64,000 nucleotides of DNA from Octopus vulgaris (lineage: Eukaryota). The notes under the pieces were generated by a model. That model was given only the letters and a program-made list of their open reading frames with translations, did not search any database and was not told the origin of the DNA. Positions 52,228 to 64,000 of this stretch are shown here, piece after piece (the stretch's first letter is position 1; the number at the start of each line of letters is the position of its first letter). The stretch is from positions 74,276,001 to 74,340,000 of the forward strand of contig OX597815.1 of NCBI GenBank assembly GCA_951406725.2, in the 5' to 3' direction. The position numbers were made by a program, and so were the translations under genes.

Positions 52228-53154
52228 AATGTGTGACTTGCCATGTGCAGACCCATTGTTATAAATAGTTTGAAATTTATTTTTATTTATTTATTTATTA
52301 TATTTTTTTTTTGACAAAATGTTTGACAAGGTGAGTCAAGGATGAACTAGAAGTACTGTTTGGGAAATAATACCGTGTTTTTTGTTATTATGTCTATAAG
52401 TTGTACTGGTGGTTGCTCATCATGTTTCATCTTTTCATTTTTGGCATTATACTCTGTTGTGTTGTAGGTGATGCTTAAGATTTTGCCATATGTATATGTG
52501 TGTTATGTTAATGTTTAACTATGTTTAGATTTAGTGTGCAGCTGTGTCCTGTTTGCTATAAGATGTGATTGTGTGTGTGTGTGTATATTGAGTTCTGGCA
52601 TTGTACGTACAGAGGTTGAAGAAGATTGTTGATAGCACAGACCATTGTATAACTGATTTTGTTTGGGAAGCCATAGATTTGAATGGTGTAGCTGTAACTT
52701 AATAGCCAGACACGATAACCTTAGTGCTAGTTGAATAGCTATCATTTAGTGTTTTCACAAAAAGTGTTCTTTTTTTTTTTTTTTTGAAGGGGAAATTTAA
52801 AGTATACACACACACATGAGTGTGTGTTTTTGTGTATGTGTGTGTACATTGAATTGGTAGTGAGAAATGGCATCAAAAGCTATATATTGAATGAATAATG
52901 AGAAATGGAATCAAAAGCTTTACTGATGTCCTTTTTTGTAGTCATTGAGGGATATTATACTGTGTTCAATTCATCTAATATGCATTGAAAAATGCTGGAG
53001 TGTACATATATATATATGTATACACGCATAAACGCATGTACACAGAGTTATGCCAATGTTTATTTTTGCGCCATTCAATCACCACACTATACATACACAC
53101 TTGTACATACAGATACATGCACATGCGCATACATAAAATCCTCTTGTGTTTTCT

Positions 53155-53217
<63 letters not shown>

Positions 53218-53279
53218 TAATGCAACAAAAGAATGAAAGAGACCTCGATATTATGTAAATAGAGGAATTTATCTGTAAC

Positions 53280-53438
53280 TATAATATGTGACAATTATTT
53301 GTTAGCCATGATAAAACTTCGAGTTTCGGATGTCAGGGCGGAAACCCACGATGGCCCGATAACTGAAGAGATGGCGGCGTGGGTAAATCCGAAACTCAAA
53401 GTTTTATCATGGCTGTGGAATAATTGTCACATATTATA
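53280..53438. mobile_element. MITE-like element with about 52-bp TIRs
   Basis: tataatatgtgacaattatt..agccatgataaaactt.gagtttcggat mirrored at 53387-53438. Confidence 0.8.
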
Positions 53439-53484
53439 TATATATGTGTGTGTGTATGTATAAATATAAATAACTATAAATAAC

Positions 53485-53517
<33 letters not shown>

Positions 53518-53575
53518 TGTGCATGTCTGTATTGGCATCATCATCATCTAATGTCCATTTTCCATGCTATATATA

Positions 53576-54846
53576 TTGGGTCATCCCATAAATAATACAG
53601 TTTTTTTATACTTTTATTTTTCAAAATTAAGATAAACAAAGTTCTTCTTTAATTTAAAATATACTCTCCTTCATTTTCTACAATGTTTTTCCATCTATCT
53701 GGTATATTTGTAAGGCCCCTCTTCCAAAATTCACTTGTCCATGACAAAAAATACTCCTCCAGTACTGTTCTGACCTCGTCTACAGAATTTATATTTTTTC
53801 TGTCTAAATGATTTTGAAGACTGCATGATAAATGGTAATCAGATGGGGCAATGTGCAGTGAATATGGCGGGCGGGGCATCATTTCCCATTCAAACTACTC
53901 CAGCCTTTGGAATGTCATCCTTGCTGTTTATGGCCAAGCATTATCCTGACGGAAGAACACCTTTTGTCTTGGAACCAAAGATGGTTGTTTTTCTTCTACC
54001 GCTGACTTATGCCACACAAGCTGCTCACAGTAGATCTCCTTGGTTATCATTTGGTTTAGGTTTAAAAGTTCAAAGTGGACTAAACCTTTCATATTCCACC
54101 AAACAGACAACACCAATTTATGTGGGTGAAAACCTTCTTTAGCCTGGGATGCCAGTGTTTCTCCTTTCCCTACCTACTGTCTTTGGTGCTTGATATTTTT
54201 ATAGAGAACTCATTTCTTGTCACCAGTCACTATTCAGTTCAAAAAAGGTTCATTCGTAAGACATGACAGCAAAGAAGAACACACATTCACTCTCTACACG
54301 CGATTAGATTCGGAAAGTTTGTGAGGAACCCATTGACCTAATTTGCTGACTTTTCCGATGGCACATAGGTATTGATGAATGGTTGAATGACTAAATCAAA
54401 ACTTGTTTGCTAGTTTGTCAACAGCTATGGTGGGATTTTGTTCTACCAGGGTTTGCAAGACATCCTCGTTGAACTCTGCAGATCTTACAAGATGTGGCTC
54501 ATCTTCTGGGCTGTAGTTTCTAGCTCGGAATTTCTGGAACCACTATTGACACTGGCTTACGCTTATTGTCTGATCCTCATAGACTACATTAATATTCCTT
54601 GCACTTTCTGTTGCATTGTTGCCTTTCTGTTGTGTTGTTGCAAAATATGCAGAATATGCTCCTTTGTCATTTCCCTTATATCTTTGAAAAAATAACTGTT
54701 AAAATTGAAGTGCACTCTTCAAAACTTGCAGTAAGAATAAGGACAAGGTAAAATTACTACCTGCTTCTATAGCAAGTTGATGCAAGTAGTTTAGAACTTT
54801 TAGTTCATGCATTTGAAAAAACTGCATTATTTATGGGATGACCCAA
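53576..54846 (-). mobile_element. Full-length decayed mariner, 1271 bp; transposase pseudogene about 54670-53649
   Basis: TA-flanked TIRs of about 31 bp (ttgggtcatcccataaataat(a/g)cagtttttt); motifs GQWVPH, VLSVWW, QDNAWP and PYSLHIAPSDYHL; stops and frameshifts. Confidence 0.95.
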
Positions 54847-57800
54847 TATATATATATGTGCATATGTATATGCATGTATTTATGTATATAGGTGTATATG
54901 TATAGTAATATGGTAATGGAGTGATGCAAAACTAAATGTTTTGCATAGCTATGTGTTAAAAATTTCAGTCATACAGTTGTTCATATAATACAATGATTGT
55001 GTGAAATAACTCTAAACAATAAGCAAAAAAGAAAACATAAAAAACACACTGTTTTAATAGTTAGTTGTTTGACACAGGCATTATAGCTATAAACAAGGGA
55101 TCAGTTTGTATATTTGTTACATAATTTTAAGTATATCTTTGTTGTGGCTCACACAATATATTTATTGTATAAATGTAACTATATCATTGTTATAACTTAA
55201 TATATTTATTGTTTAATTTTCCCTACATCTTTGTCTTAGCTTACAAACTGTTACGAAATTACTTGCCCTTCCTTTTTTCTCAATCCACAGTTTATATTCT
55301 CCCTTATGCTAGCCTTCTTGTACCTTGAGAGAACACTACCAGACTGTCACCACTGTTTTTCTCTTCTTCTCAGCTACTCTTACCCACCTTCACATAATAT
55401 GGGGTAGCCATATACTCATATTTACTCCATAGGGGCGTACATGTTCTGTCCCTCTATTGTATTTTAGCCTTCAACCTGGTACAAAGCCATTGCCCCACCT
55501 CTCAAATACATGTCCCACTTAACTGAAGCGGGCTTTTCCCTTTTCCTTTCTTTACTTTGTCATGAAAGTTACTCAGAAACCTTATTGTTGCTAGTGTCAT
55601 AATAAGAAAAGAGAACCAATACTCATTGTAAAATGGTCAGAGTTAGAAGACACATCCAGTTGTAGAAACCATTTGAAAGCTGACATTGGGGCTTGACACA
55701 GCTCTTTGGCTTGTCGGAACTTGTCGAACTGTCCAACCCATGCCAGCATGGACAACAAATGTCAATGATGATGAGGAAGAGGATAATGGAACCGTTGTTT
55801 TTTCCCCTTTGTGCAATAGAGGTGGTTTGATGTTTAGAAATATTTGTATTAAGCTCTGTCACATGAAGCTACTGAAATTCACTAAAATAATATAGCTGAA
55901 TATATTTTTTTTTGTGTCGTTTAAGCATACTCATCATTTTCCAATGCAATACAGTTTAGTTCTTTGCACTTTTTCCTTTTGTTGTAAAACTGGAGTAAAA
56001 AACATTAATGTAAATTTAATATGTTACTACAGCAACAATTCTTTTTTTTTTTTTTTTGTAGCATATTTATAGTTTTCCATGTTTCCATTTGAACATTAAG
56101 CATGAATGATCGTATAGACAGATCTTTATAATAAGATTATGATGTACCTGACAAAATGCAATGTGTCATTCACATCACACGAGATTCTGTGAATATTAAA
56201 CTATTCAGTGATAATTAGTGACTTAACCCGTTTGTTACCGTATTGATGTTGAAAATACATATTTCAATTAATTTCATTATTAAGCTGATATTTAGAACAG
56301 ATTTAACATGAAATTTTGATAGATTTTAATTTAGATAATTTAAACTCATTTGTTATATATTTCTGTTGAAATATACTACCTGTCTTTCAGTCTTTAAAAT
56401 AATGAAAAATTTAGTATCATGATTCTAAATTAATGCTTTCAAGTGATCTAAATTAAAAAAAAACTAACGTAAAAATCTTGTATCTACTTGTGTTTCAAAC
56501 ACCAGCTTAATAATGACAAAGTTACTTCACTAAATTATTTAGATATAACTGTGTGGTTAAGAAACTTGCTTTGCAACCATATGATTTCAGATTCCATCCC
56601 ATTGGGCAGTACCTTGGGCAAGTGTCTTCTACTATATAGCCTTGGGCTAACTAATGTGTTTTGAGTGAATTTGGTAGATGGCAGCTGTGTGAAAGCCTGT
56701 TAGTGTGTATGCGAGTATATAATATATATATCTCACTATGCCTTTGTGTCTGTGTTTGCTATCCCCTCCATTTGATGGCCATTGTAGGATTGTTTACATC
56801 CATTTAACTTAGCATTTTGGCAAAAGAGGCTGATAGACATAAAAGCACATTAGCACTGGAGTTGATTTATTTGTTTGAACTGTTCAAAGTGGTGCCCTGG
56901 CATGGCAGCTGTCCAGTGACCGAAACAAAATAAGAGATACTGAGTGTAAGACTATATCTTCTCATATTTGCTTCAGGTGTTTTATTGTAGAACATAACCA
57001 CCAGCCATTATGAAGTTAGTGTTTAGATTTTGATTCACTGTTGTTAAGTGGTTGTGAGATAACCACTTTTGCATATTACGACCCACTGAGATGTAATGGA
57101 TAGGTATTGAATCTTTTGGAAATTTTACATGTACTAGACTGGTAACCTGGAGAATGTTCAACTATCATTTGCTTAGGGTTATAAGAAATTCCTGTGAGTG
57201 CTGGATAACAGAAGATTCCTTCATGAAAGCATTTCAGCTCTTAACCCCTTACCCGCTCAGGGGACCAGGCTGCATCCAAGTCATGACTCCTGAATACTCC
57301 TCTGTTGCCACATTTTGCATTATTGTCTTCATTGCAACCCTCTCCAAAGCCACTGGTTTAAAAAGATTGTTCATTTTAAAATAGGAAGTTTGTATAGAAC
57401 CAGAGGTGGTCTTGATTTGTATTAAAAGGGATACATCTAATGTAATTGCCACCCATCCACCAATTCATATTATCATATTAACCCATTAACATTTAAACCA
57501 ACCATATCTGGCTCAAATATTCAACCCGCTTTATGTTGAAACTGGCCAGATTCAGCCTCTCACACCTACCCGACAAAATCTTTCTAAAATTAGGTAATCA
57601 TGTCATTGAAATCTCAAAGCCAAAGGATATTCTTTTACTTGTTTCAGTCATTAGACTCAACCATAGTGCTTTTTTTTCAAAAGCTGGTACTTATTCTATC
57701 AGTTTCTTTTGTCAAATGGTTAAGTTATGGGGGCCCAAACACACCAATGCCAGTTGTCAAGCAGTGGGTGGGTGGGTGGGGGGACACTGATGCAAACACA

Positions 57801-58175
57801 CACGCACATGTGCTGAGCTTCTTTCTTTACATCTACCAAATCTATTCACAAGGCTTTGGTCAGCCCGGGGCTATAGTAGAAAACACTTGCCCAAGGTGCC
57901 ACGCAGTGGGACTGAACCCGGAATCATGTTGTTGGGAAGCAAGCTTCTTACCACATAGCCATGTTGGATTAATTCAAAACAGTATGAATAAATAGGCATT
58001 ATATTTGACAGAGTAACCTGAATGCTAAAGGGTTAAATGAGGTTATATATTACGTTTTAACTGTGACATTTTTTAATGACATTTTTAGATGCTGGTGGTA
58101 GTGGTGGTGATGAACAACTATAAGATCTCTATAGATAATCTTTCACCTTATTTCTTTTGTTGTCTTGAATTTCAG

Positions 58176-58230
58176 ATTCAAACTCAAGCAGCAGTGGAAG
58201 AGTTCTTGATGTGAAGAAAACTGACAGAAA
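58176..58230 (+). CDS. FAM13A: FAM13-like exon 9 (NSNSSSSGRVLDVKKTDRK)
   Basis: tttcag acceptor, gtaagt donor, 55 nt, phase 1-2 bridges exons 8 and 10 exactly. Confidence 0.75.
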
Positions 58231-58518
58231 GTAAGTTCCTTTTTAGAATAACCCACTTTTATCTTTTGTGTTTGAGTAGTTCTAATTCTTCTCTCAGTAA
58301 ATTACTTGCAGTTCAGTTGCTTTAACTAGTGTTTTTTTGAATTAAGTAATTTTTTTATATGATATGGTATTAAATTTTAACTTTAGCTGTCAGAAATATA
58401 AGTTGTTTGATTTATTTTAATGACGTAGAACTTAGAAGAGATAATAATATTTAGTCTCACAAAGTAGTAGTAGTATTAGTAATAACAACACACTACACAT
58501 TTTCCAAAAAATAACCCT

Positions 58519-58802
58519 ACTAGGAACAGCCCACGTCCTCGCCTGGACCCCGTGCCGGTGGCATGTAAAAAGCACCATCCGACTGGGGCCATTTGCCAGC
58601 CCCGTCTGGCACCTGTACCGGTGGCACATAAAAAGCACCCACTACACTCACGGAGTGGTTGGCGTTAGGAAGGGCATCCAGCCGTAGAAACATTGCCAGA
58701 TCAGACTGGGCCTGGTGCAGCCTTCTAGCTTCCCAGACCCCAGTTGAACCGTCCAACCCATGCTAGCATGGAAAGTGGACGCTAAATGATGATGATGATG
58801 AT
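58519..58802 (+). mobile_element. GC-rich young copy of a (gat)n-tailed SINE-like retroposon (family 3)
   Basis: gtggttggcgttaggaagggcatccagc ... ccaacccatgctagcatggaaa ... (gat)n; many decayed copies, e.g. 7832-8050(-), 14836-14982(+), 28790-28985(+), 29034-29305(-). Confidence 0.75.
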
Positions 58803-59146
58803 CCAAATAAAACAACCTGCAAACACAAGGCACACTCTGTACATTAAATATCCAATAAAATAAACAACCCTCACAACATGTACACTGTAGGCCAAATACT
58901 CAACAGAAGAGCACAACTTACATTACACACACAACGCACTATACAAACACTAATACAACAAAAGACTGCAACCAAACTCTATAACAAAACAAACTGATGC
59001 AATACAATACTGGGAAAAGTTTGCACTCTCCAACAACGAAAAAGAACACACAATGCTGCACACACCTTAGTAAGGTAGAGGTGTAGCAAGTGATGGAGCA
59101 GAAATTTGCCTGAAACTATCAAATGTTGAATAATAATTATTATTAT

Positions 59147-59472
59147 AAACAAGAGCACTCAGAGAGTGCAAACCTCTGCCAAGGCAACACCAATGTCCTC
59201 TCAACAATTAGCCAGAGATAATTTTTAAAATAAGAATATCTGAAATGAACTCGACTGCTCTCACAAATGAGAATACTAAAAATGAACCCAACCACTCTCA
59301 AATATTAAGTAAAATAAACGGAAAAATAATCCAGAATCCTTGTCTGGTACTGGATCAATCCCAAAATCCAAATCCATCCAGCAGTTCTTGAGATATTTTG
59401 TCCATGGACAAACTAACAAACTAACAAACACGACTGAAAACAATACCTCTGCCTTCGTTAAGGTTGTGGTAA
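59147..59472 (-). mobile_element. Helentron-associated (HINE/DINE-1-like) non-autonomous element
   Basis: Subterminal acctctgcc at both ends, terminal stem-loop gcactc-aga-gagtgc, internal acaaacta repeats, AA/TT flanks. Confidence 0.65.
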
Positions 59473-59478
59473 TAATAA

Positions 59479-60035
59479 ATGCCCTGATGCAAAACCAGGC
59501 ACTGGTTCTCATGGATTCTGATCTTAACAGATTAGAAGTGTTATCATGTGCATGTTTTGCCATGATGTAGAAAATGGGCTACAACAAATATTCTACTCAA
59601 TACCACAGATTTGCTTGTCAGTTTTTTTACCTTAATCAGTTGAGCATGTCCCTTAGTGGCTGACGATATGTGCATCTCTGATCTCGAGCAGAAGTAGTAG
59701 TGGGGAGCATCATAGCCATGTGTTGAGAGGAATTCTTTGGAGTTTGAATAATTCACCTGTGGAAACATGGGTGTTTTGTTCAACATCCTTAATCAATCCT
59801 TATTCAGGGACCTTTTGAGTAGGATGGGCTACTTGACCCGAAGAAAATTGTAACTGGGCCCCCACCTGCTAGGTCATGTACTGTTTATCGTGATATAAGA
59901 TCATGCCATGCACATATGGTTGTGATGCATGTGCCTGGTGTACCCTTATCTGATGGGTAATCTTGATGGGTATATTGAGCCTCGTATACTTGTATCCCAG
60001 TAACACTTTGATGGCATGTGTTACTCTCTCACTCT
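59479..60035. mobile_element. Unclassified element of about 560 bp bounded by (aat)n
   Basis: More GC-rich block bounded by taataa on the left and (aat)n on the right; no recognisable ORF; single copy in the window. Confidence 0.45.
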
Positions 60036-60080
60036 ATCATAATAATAATAATAATAAATTAAAATAATAACAATAATAAT

Positions 60081-61170
60081 GGTTTCAGGTTTAGATACAA
60101 GGTAAGCAGTTTTAGGGGAGAGGAAGTCGACTACAACAACCCCAGTGTTTTGCTGGTGCTGATTTTATCGACCCTTAAAGTATGAAAGGCAATGTTGACC
60201 TTGGCAGCATCTAAATTCTGAATGTAAAGTCGGAAGAAATGCCACTGACCATTTTGTCCAGTGCAGTAACACTTCTGCCAGTTTGCTGCCATAAATAATA
60301 ATAGTAATAGATTCAAATTTTGGCAAAAGGTTACCAGTTTTGGGGGAGGCATGTAAGTTGATATAATTAACTCCATCAACTGGTACTTATTTCAGTGACC
60401 CTAAAAGGATGAAAGGCAAAGTCAATGTTGGTAAAATTTGAACTCAGAATGTAATGCTGCTAAGCATGTTGTCTGGTGTGCTAAGAGCTCTGCCAGCTCA
60501 CCACCTTGATGATGACGACGACGACACAAGGCCAGCAATTTCAGGGGAGGGGCTAAGTCAATTAGATCGACCCCAGTGTTCATCTGGTACTTATTTTAAC
60601 AACCTTGTAAGGATGAAAGAGAAAATCAACCTTAGCAGCATTTTAACTTGGAACATAAAGATGGATTAAATGCCATTAAGCATGTTGCCTGATGTGCTAA
60701 TGATTCTCCCAGCTCATCTCCTTAATAATGATAATAATCCTTTCTACTAAAGGTAAAAGGCCTGAAATTTTGTAGGAGTGGGACCAGTTGATTACATCAT
60801 CTCCAGTGTTTCATTGGTACTTAATTTATCGATGCTGAAAGGCTGAAAGGCAAAGTCTACCTTGGCGGATTTTAAACTCAGAATGTAAAGATGGACGAAA
60901 TGCTGCTATACATTTTGCCCAGCTTGCTAATGATTTGCCAGCTCACTGCTTTGAAAGAATAATAATCATTTCAAATTTTGGCACAAGGTCAGCAATTTCA
61001 AAGAGAGAAAGTTAGTCAGTACCATCAACCTAGTATTTGGATACTTTATTTTATTGACTCCAGATGAAAGGCAAAGTTGACCTTGGGGATATTTGGACAC
61101 AAAACATGAGTCTAGAAATACCATTAAGCATTTTGCCTACCATGCTATTGATTCTGTTAACTCATTGCTC
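60081..61170 (-). repeat. Five head-to-tail MetaSINE (family 2) copies separated by aat or gat/gac repeats
   Basis: Units at about 60081-60290, 60311-60507, 60524-60723, 60738-60952 and 60968-61170, each with a gaaaggcaaagtc-like core. Confidence 0.85.
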
Positions 61171-61866
61171 TAATAATAATAATGACAAGCTTATTGTAAA
61201 TAGTGCCCAGGTGTATAACAATTAGTTGCAAAGTGCTGCATTTTATGTGATTATGAATTTAGAATGCATCTGTTAGTTTCTTTATCTGCTCTGGAAATTT
61301 TACTTTTATACACACACTAGTAGCTAGGTTTTTCTATGATAAGCTAAATTTGTTTAAATGAGTGATGTCTTGTTTTAATTCTAAAAACATGTACTCCAAT
61401 TAATTTTTAAATGAAGAAAAAAAAATATATCTTATTCAAAAGTAAGGCAGTTTAAATATAGACTCTATTTAAGTATATATGTGTACAAATATATTTTATA
61501 AATATATTTTATTTAAAAAAAGCAAACCATCTATGAAAAAAGTTATTTATTCATTCACTATGAAATTTTGAAAAAAAAAAAAAAAAAAAAAGCAACAGGT
61601 TTTGTTATTTGTTTGTCATTCATAACAACATTTACATTGAATACTTGAAAATCTTGGTGGAAATGGTCTGGATCGATAGAAATTTGTTTTTCTATTTTGT
61701 TCTGTTTTTTGGCTCTTACACTAATTTTCTGTAAATGTACACTGACATTTTCAATTCTGAATTATTGCTATAAATACAGATGCTCTTATTTTTGACATTC
61801 AAAATTATAAAAAAAAAAAAAAAAGCCAAAAGGAAAAAAAAATTATTATTACTTGTTACTATCCAG

Positions 61867-61981
61867 GAGTCCTGACCATGCTTTCGATTTAAACAAGTCA
61901 TCAGTTATTGATCCAAAGCGCCAGAAAACCAAATGCACCAGAACAGCAAATGAAATCAGTGGTTCCAGTAGTGGAATACAG
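61867..61981 (+). CDS. FAM13A: FAM13-like exon 10 (SPDHAFDLNKSSVIDPKRQKTKCTRTANEISGSSSGIQ); gene continues beyond window
   Basis: atccag acceptor, CAG|gtaagt donor, 115 nt, phase 2-0, open frame. Confidence 0.75.
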
Positions 61982-63478
61982 GTAAGTTGTTTTATTTATT
62001 GCTCTTTAAACTATTACTGTTATATATTCGCACACACACACACGCACAGGCATACACACTATCTTGGTATTTCTGTCTCTGTGTGGAACCTTTATTTTCT
62101 TATATTATCCTTTCCATCTTCATGCACTTCAATTATTTCTCTTCAAAAATAGAGTTGCTCTTCCATATTTGGGTAATGTCTTGCTCTCATATGAATTGAG
62201 TTCTCTTTAGAGGTTGAAAAGTAGAAGTTAATTGTTACTCTATACAACAGTACGTTTGTTAAAAGTAATTCAGTAACAATGTATTCATCAATGTCTAAGT
62301 TTAACATGGAGTATACAGATTTACAATTTAAAAAAATCAAAAGTTAATTTATAAGGAATTTATCATATTAAAGACAAATTTAGAAACAATAGTTTTGTTG
62401 AAAGGTTGTAATATTGAATTTTTGTTGCAAATTCAAAACCAGCCACCGTCATTTTTTTATCATTACATTTAACAGATTACTCTTATTTACCTATATTGTT
62501 TTGAATTAATCATACATTATCTCATTGCTTTGAGATTTCTATGATGTGATTATTTATTTTTACAATGCCAGATCTGGCAGTTTGGACATAAAACAGAATT
62601 TTTGGGTCTGATATGGTCAGTTTAAATGCTAAAAGGTTAAGCCAGGAATATTAATGTTTTGCTCTATCTTGAAAATAATTACCACACTGACATTACAGTT
62701 GATTGAGTATTGTTTGAAGAAGAACCGCACTAAAAATTGCGCGCAAATGTTCAATTTTTATGAATCTTCGAATTGTACATAAATAAAATTGAATGATAGA
62801 GAACACATGCAAACACATTATTTCTATCTATTTTTGAAAGCAAATCACTTCTCTCATGTGTTAAACAAGCAATTATACATATACCAAATTATTTACATAA
62901 AATAATTTCAGCGAAAATTTTCAGTATTTAGCAAATTTCTTTATTCTTAATGATGATAAACTGACTTTTGATGGTTAACCTCACTTGTTAGGTTTTGGAA
63001 AATCACAATCTTTAGAATGCTTCAATTTCCATCTTCATCCATCATTAGGTATCATATTGTTCTAATCATATACTCAATTTACCTATTATTGTTGAATTTT
63101 TCAATAGTTACATACATAACCGTTTAACTTGGTTAAATTATTAGGAAGCCATAGTATGTTCCACAAGTTCATACAAATTTACCAAGAAACTGACATAGCT
63201 TGTTTCTTTGAAATATGTACTGACTGGCATGGATTTGAATTCTACACAACAATTATATATGATTAAAATTGTTTTTTTTAATAATTATCTTTCTTTCTCT
63301 CTCTCTTTCTTTCTTTTTTCTTTCTTCCTTTTTTCCTCTTCCTTCCTTTTTCCTTTTCCTTCCTTCTTTTCTTTCTTTCTTATGCTATCTAATTTTTCAT
63401 TTAGGAATTAGTTTCATTCAAGTTTAAAATATTGTAATCAATATATTTACTTTAACTGTGACTTATCTGTCTAATCTT

Positions 63479-63520
<42 letters not shown>

Positions 63521-63716
63521 GGCATGACTGTGTGGTAAGAAGCTTGCTTTCCAACTACATGGTTTCATATTCAGTCCCTATGTGTGGCGCTTTGGGCAAA
63601 TGTCTTCTATAGCCTTGGGCCAACCAAAGCCTTGTGAGGGGATTGACAGAAACTAAAACTAAAAGATGTGTATGTGTGCGTGTCTTTATATATACACACA
63701 CATACACTCACTCATA

Positions 63717-64000
63717 CAGGGTGCAATGGGTAAATTGTTGCTGTTTTATATTTTTAATTTCATGCAAACGCATTGTTTGTTTTTGGTTTTGTTGACTACA
63801 CAGTATAGTAGGGTCAGTTGAGCACCGTCTATGAGAAAAACAGCACCATGACACAATTCACTCTGCCAGAAATTCGGAAATGACATGCTGTACCACTTGG
63901 CATTCATAACGGAAGCTCCAATATGAACATTTCAGAGTGTTTTGGTGTCAATCTGAGGATAGTACAGAGGATTCGGAGCAAGTTGGATGAGTCTGATGGT
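63717..64000 (+). mobile_element. Left end of a maT-like transposon with decayed transposase N-terminus, cut by the window edge
   Basis: TA|cagggtgc terminus; from 63848 MTQFTLPEIRK*HAVPLGIHNGSSNMNISECFGVNLRIVQRIR (HTH-like). Confidence 0.7.

Noticed and set aside
50523-53294. Cys/Val/Tyr/His-rich ORFs
   Set aside because: Translations of (GT)n, (AT)n and (AC)n microsatellites
60081-61170. Regularly spaced repeats as a CRISPR-like array
   Set aside because: Units are diverged SINEs of about 200 bp with microsatellite spacers; no cas genes; eukaryotic intron

Overview
AT-rich, microsatellite-rich eukaryotic DNA. The SINE families suggest an octopus or other coleoid cephalopod (inference from recognised repeat types, not a database hit). 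One + strand gene spans the window: a FAM13A/B-like RhoGAP. I reconstructed 10 exons by hand (696-891, 6948-7157, 10382-10565, 15036-15159, 21714-21800, 35829-36094, 44228-44281, 47899-47981, 58176-58230, 61867-61981), all with AG/GT boundaries and matching phases. Together they give 1374 nt (458 codons) with no stop, and the gene continues past the window. The introns hold tRNA-derived SINEs, piggyBac-like, hAT, mariner and Tc2-like MITEs, a full-length decayed mariner, three maT-like relics, a Helitron, a Helentron-type element, and CR1, RTE and Dong/R4 LINE fragments. Nearly all other ORFs in the track are spurious. I found no prokaryotic-type or clearly new enzymatic system. The best leads are a pre-miRNA-like intronic hairpin, a three-armed fold-back, two (AAT)n-anchored transposon pile-ups, a datable three-level nested insertion, and loss of the conserved Asn in the GAP domain. 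Repeat coordinates are approximate unless termini are quoted.
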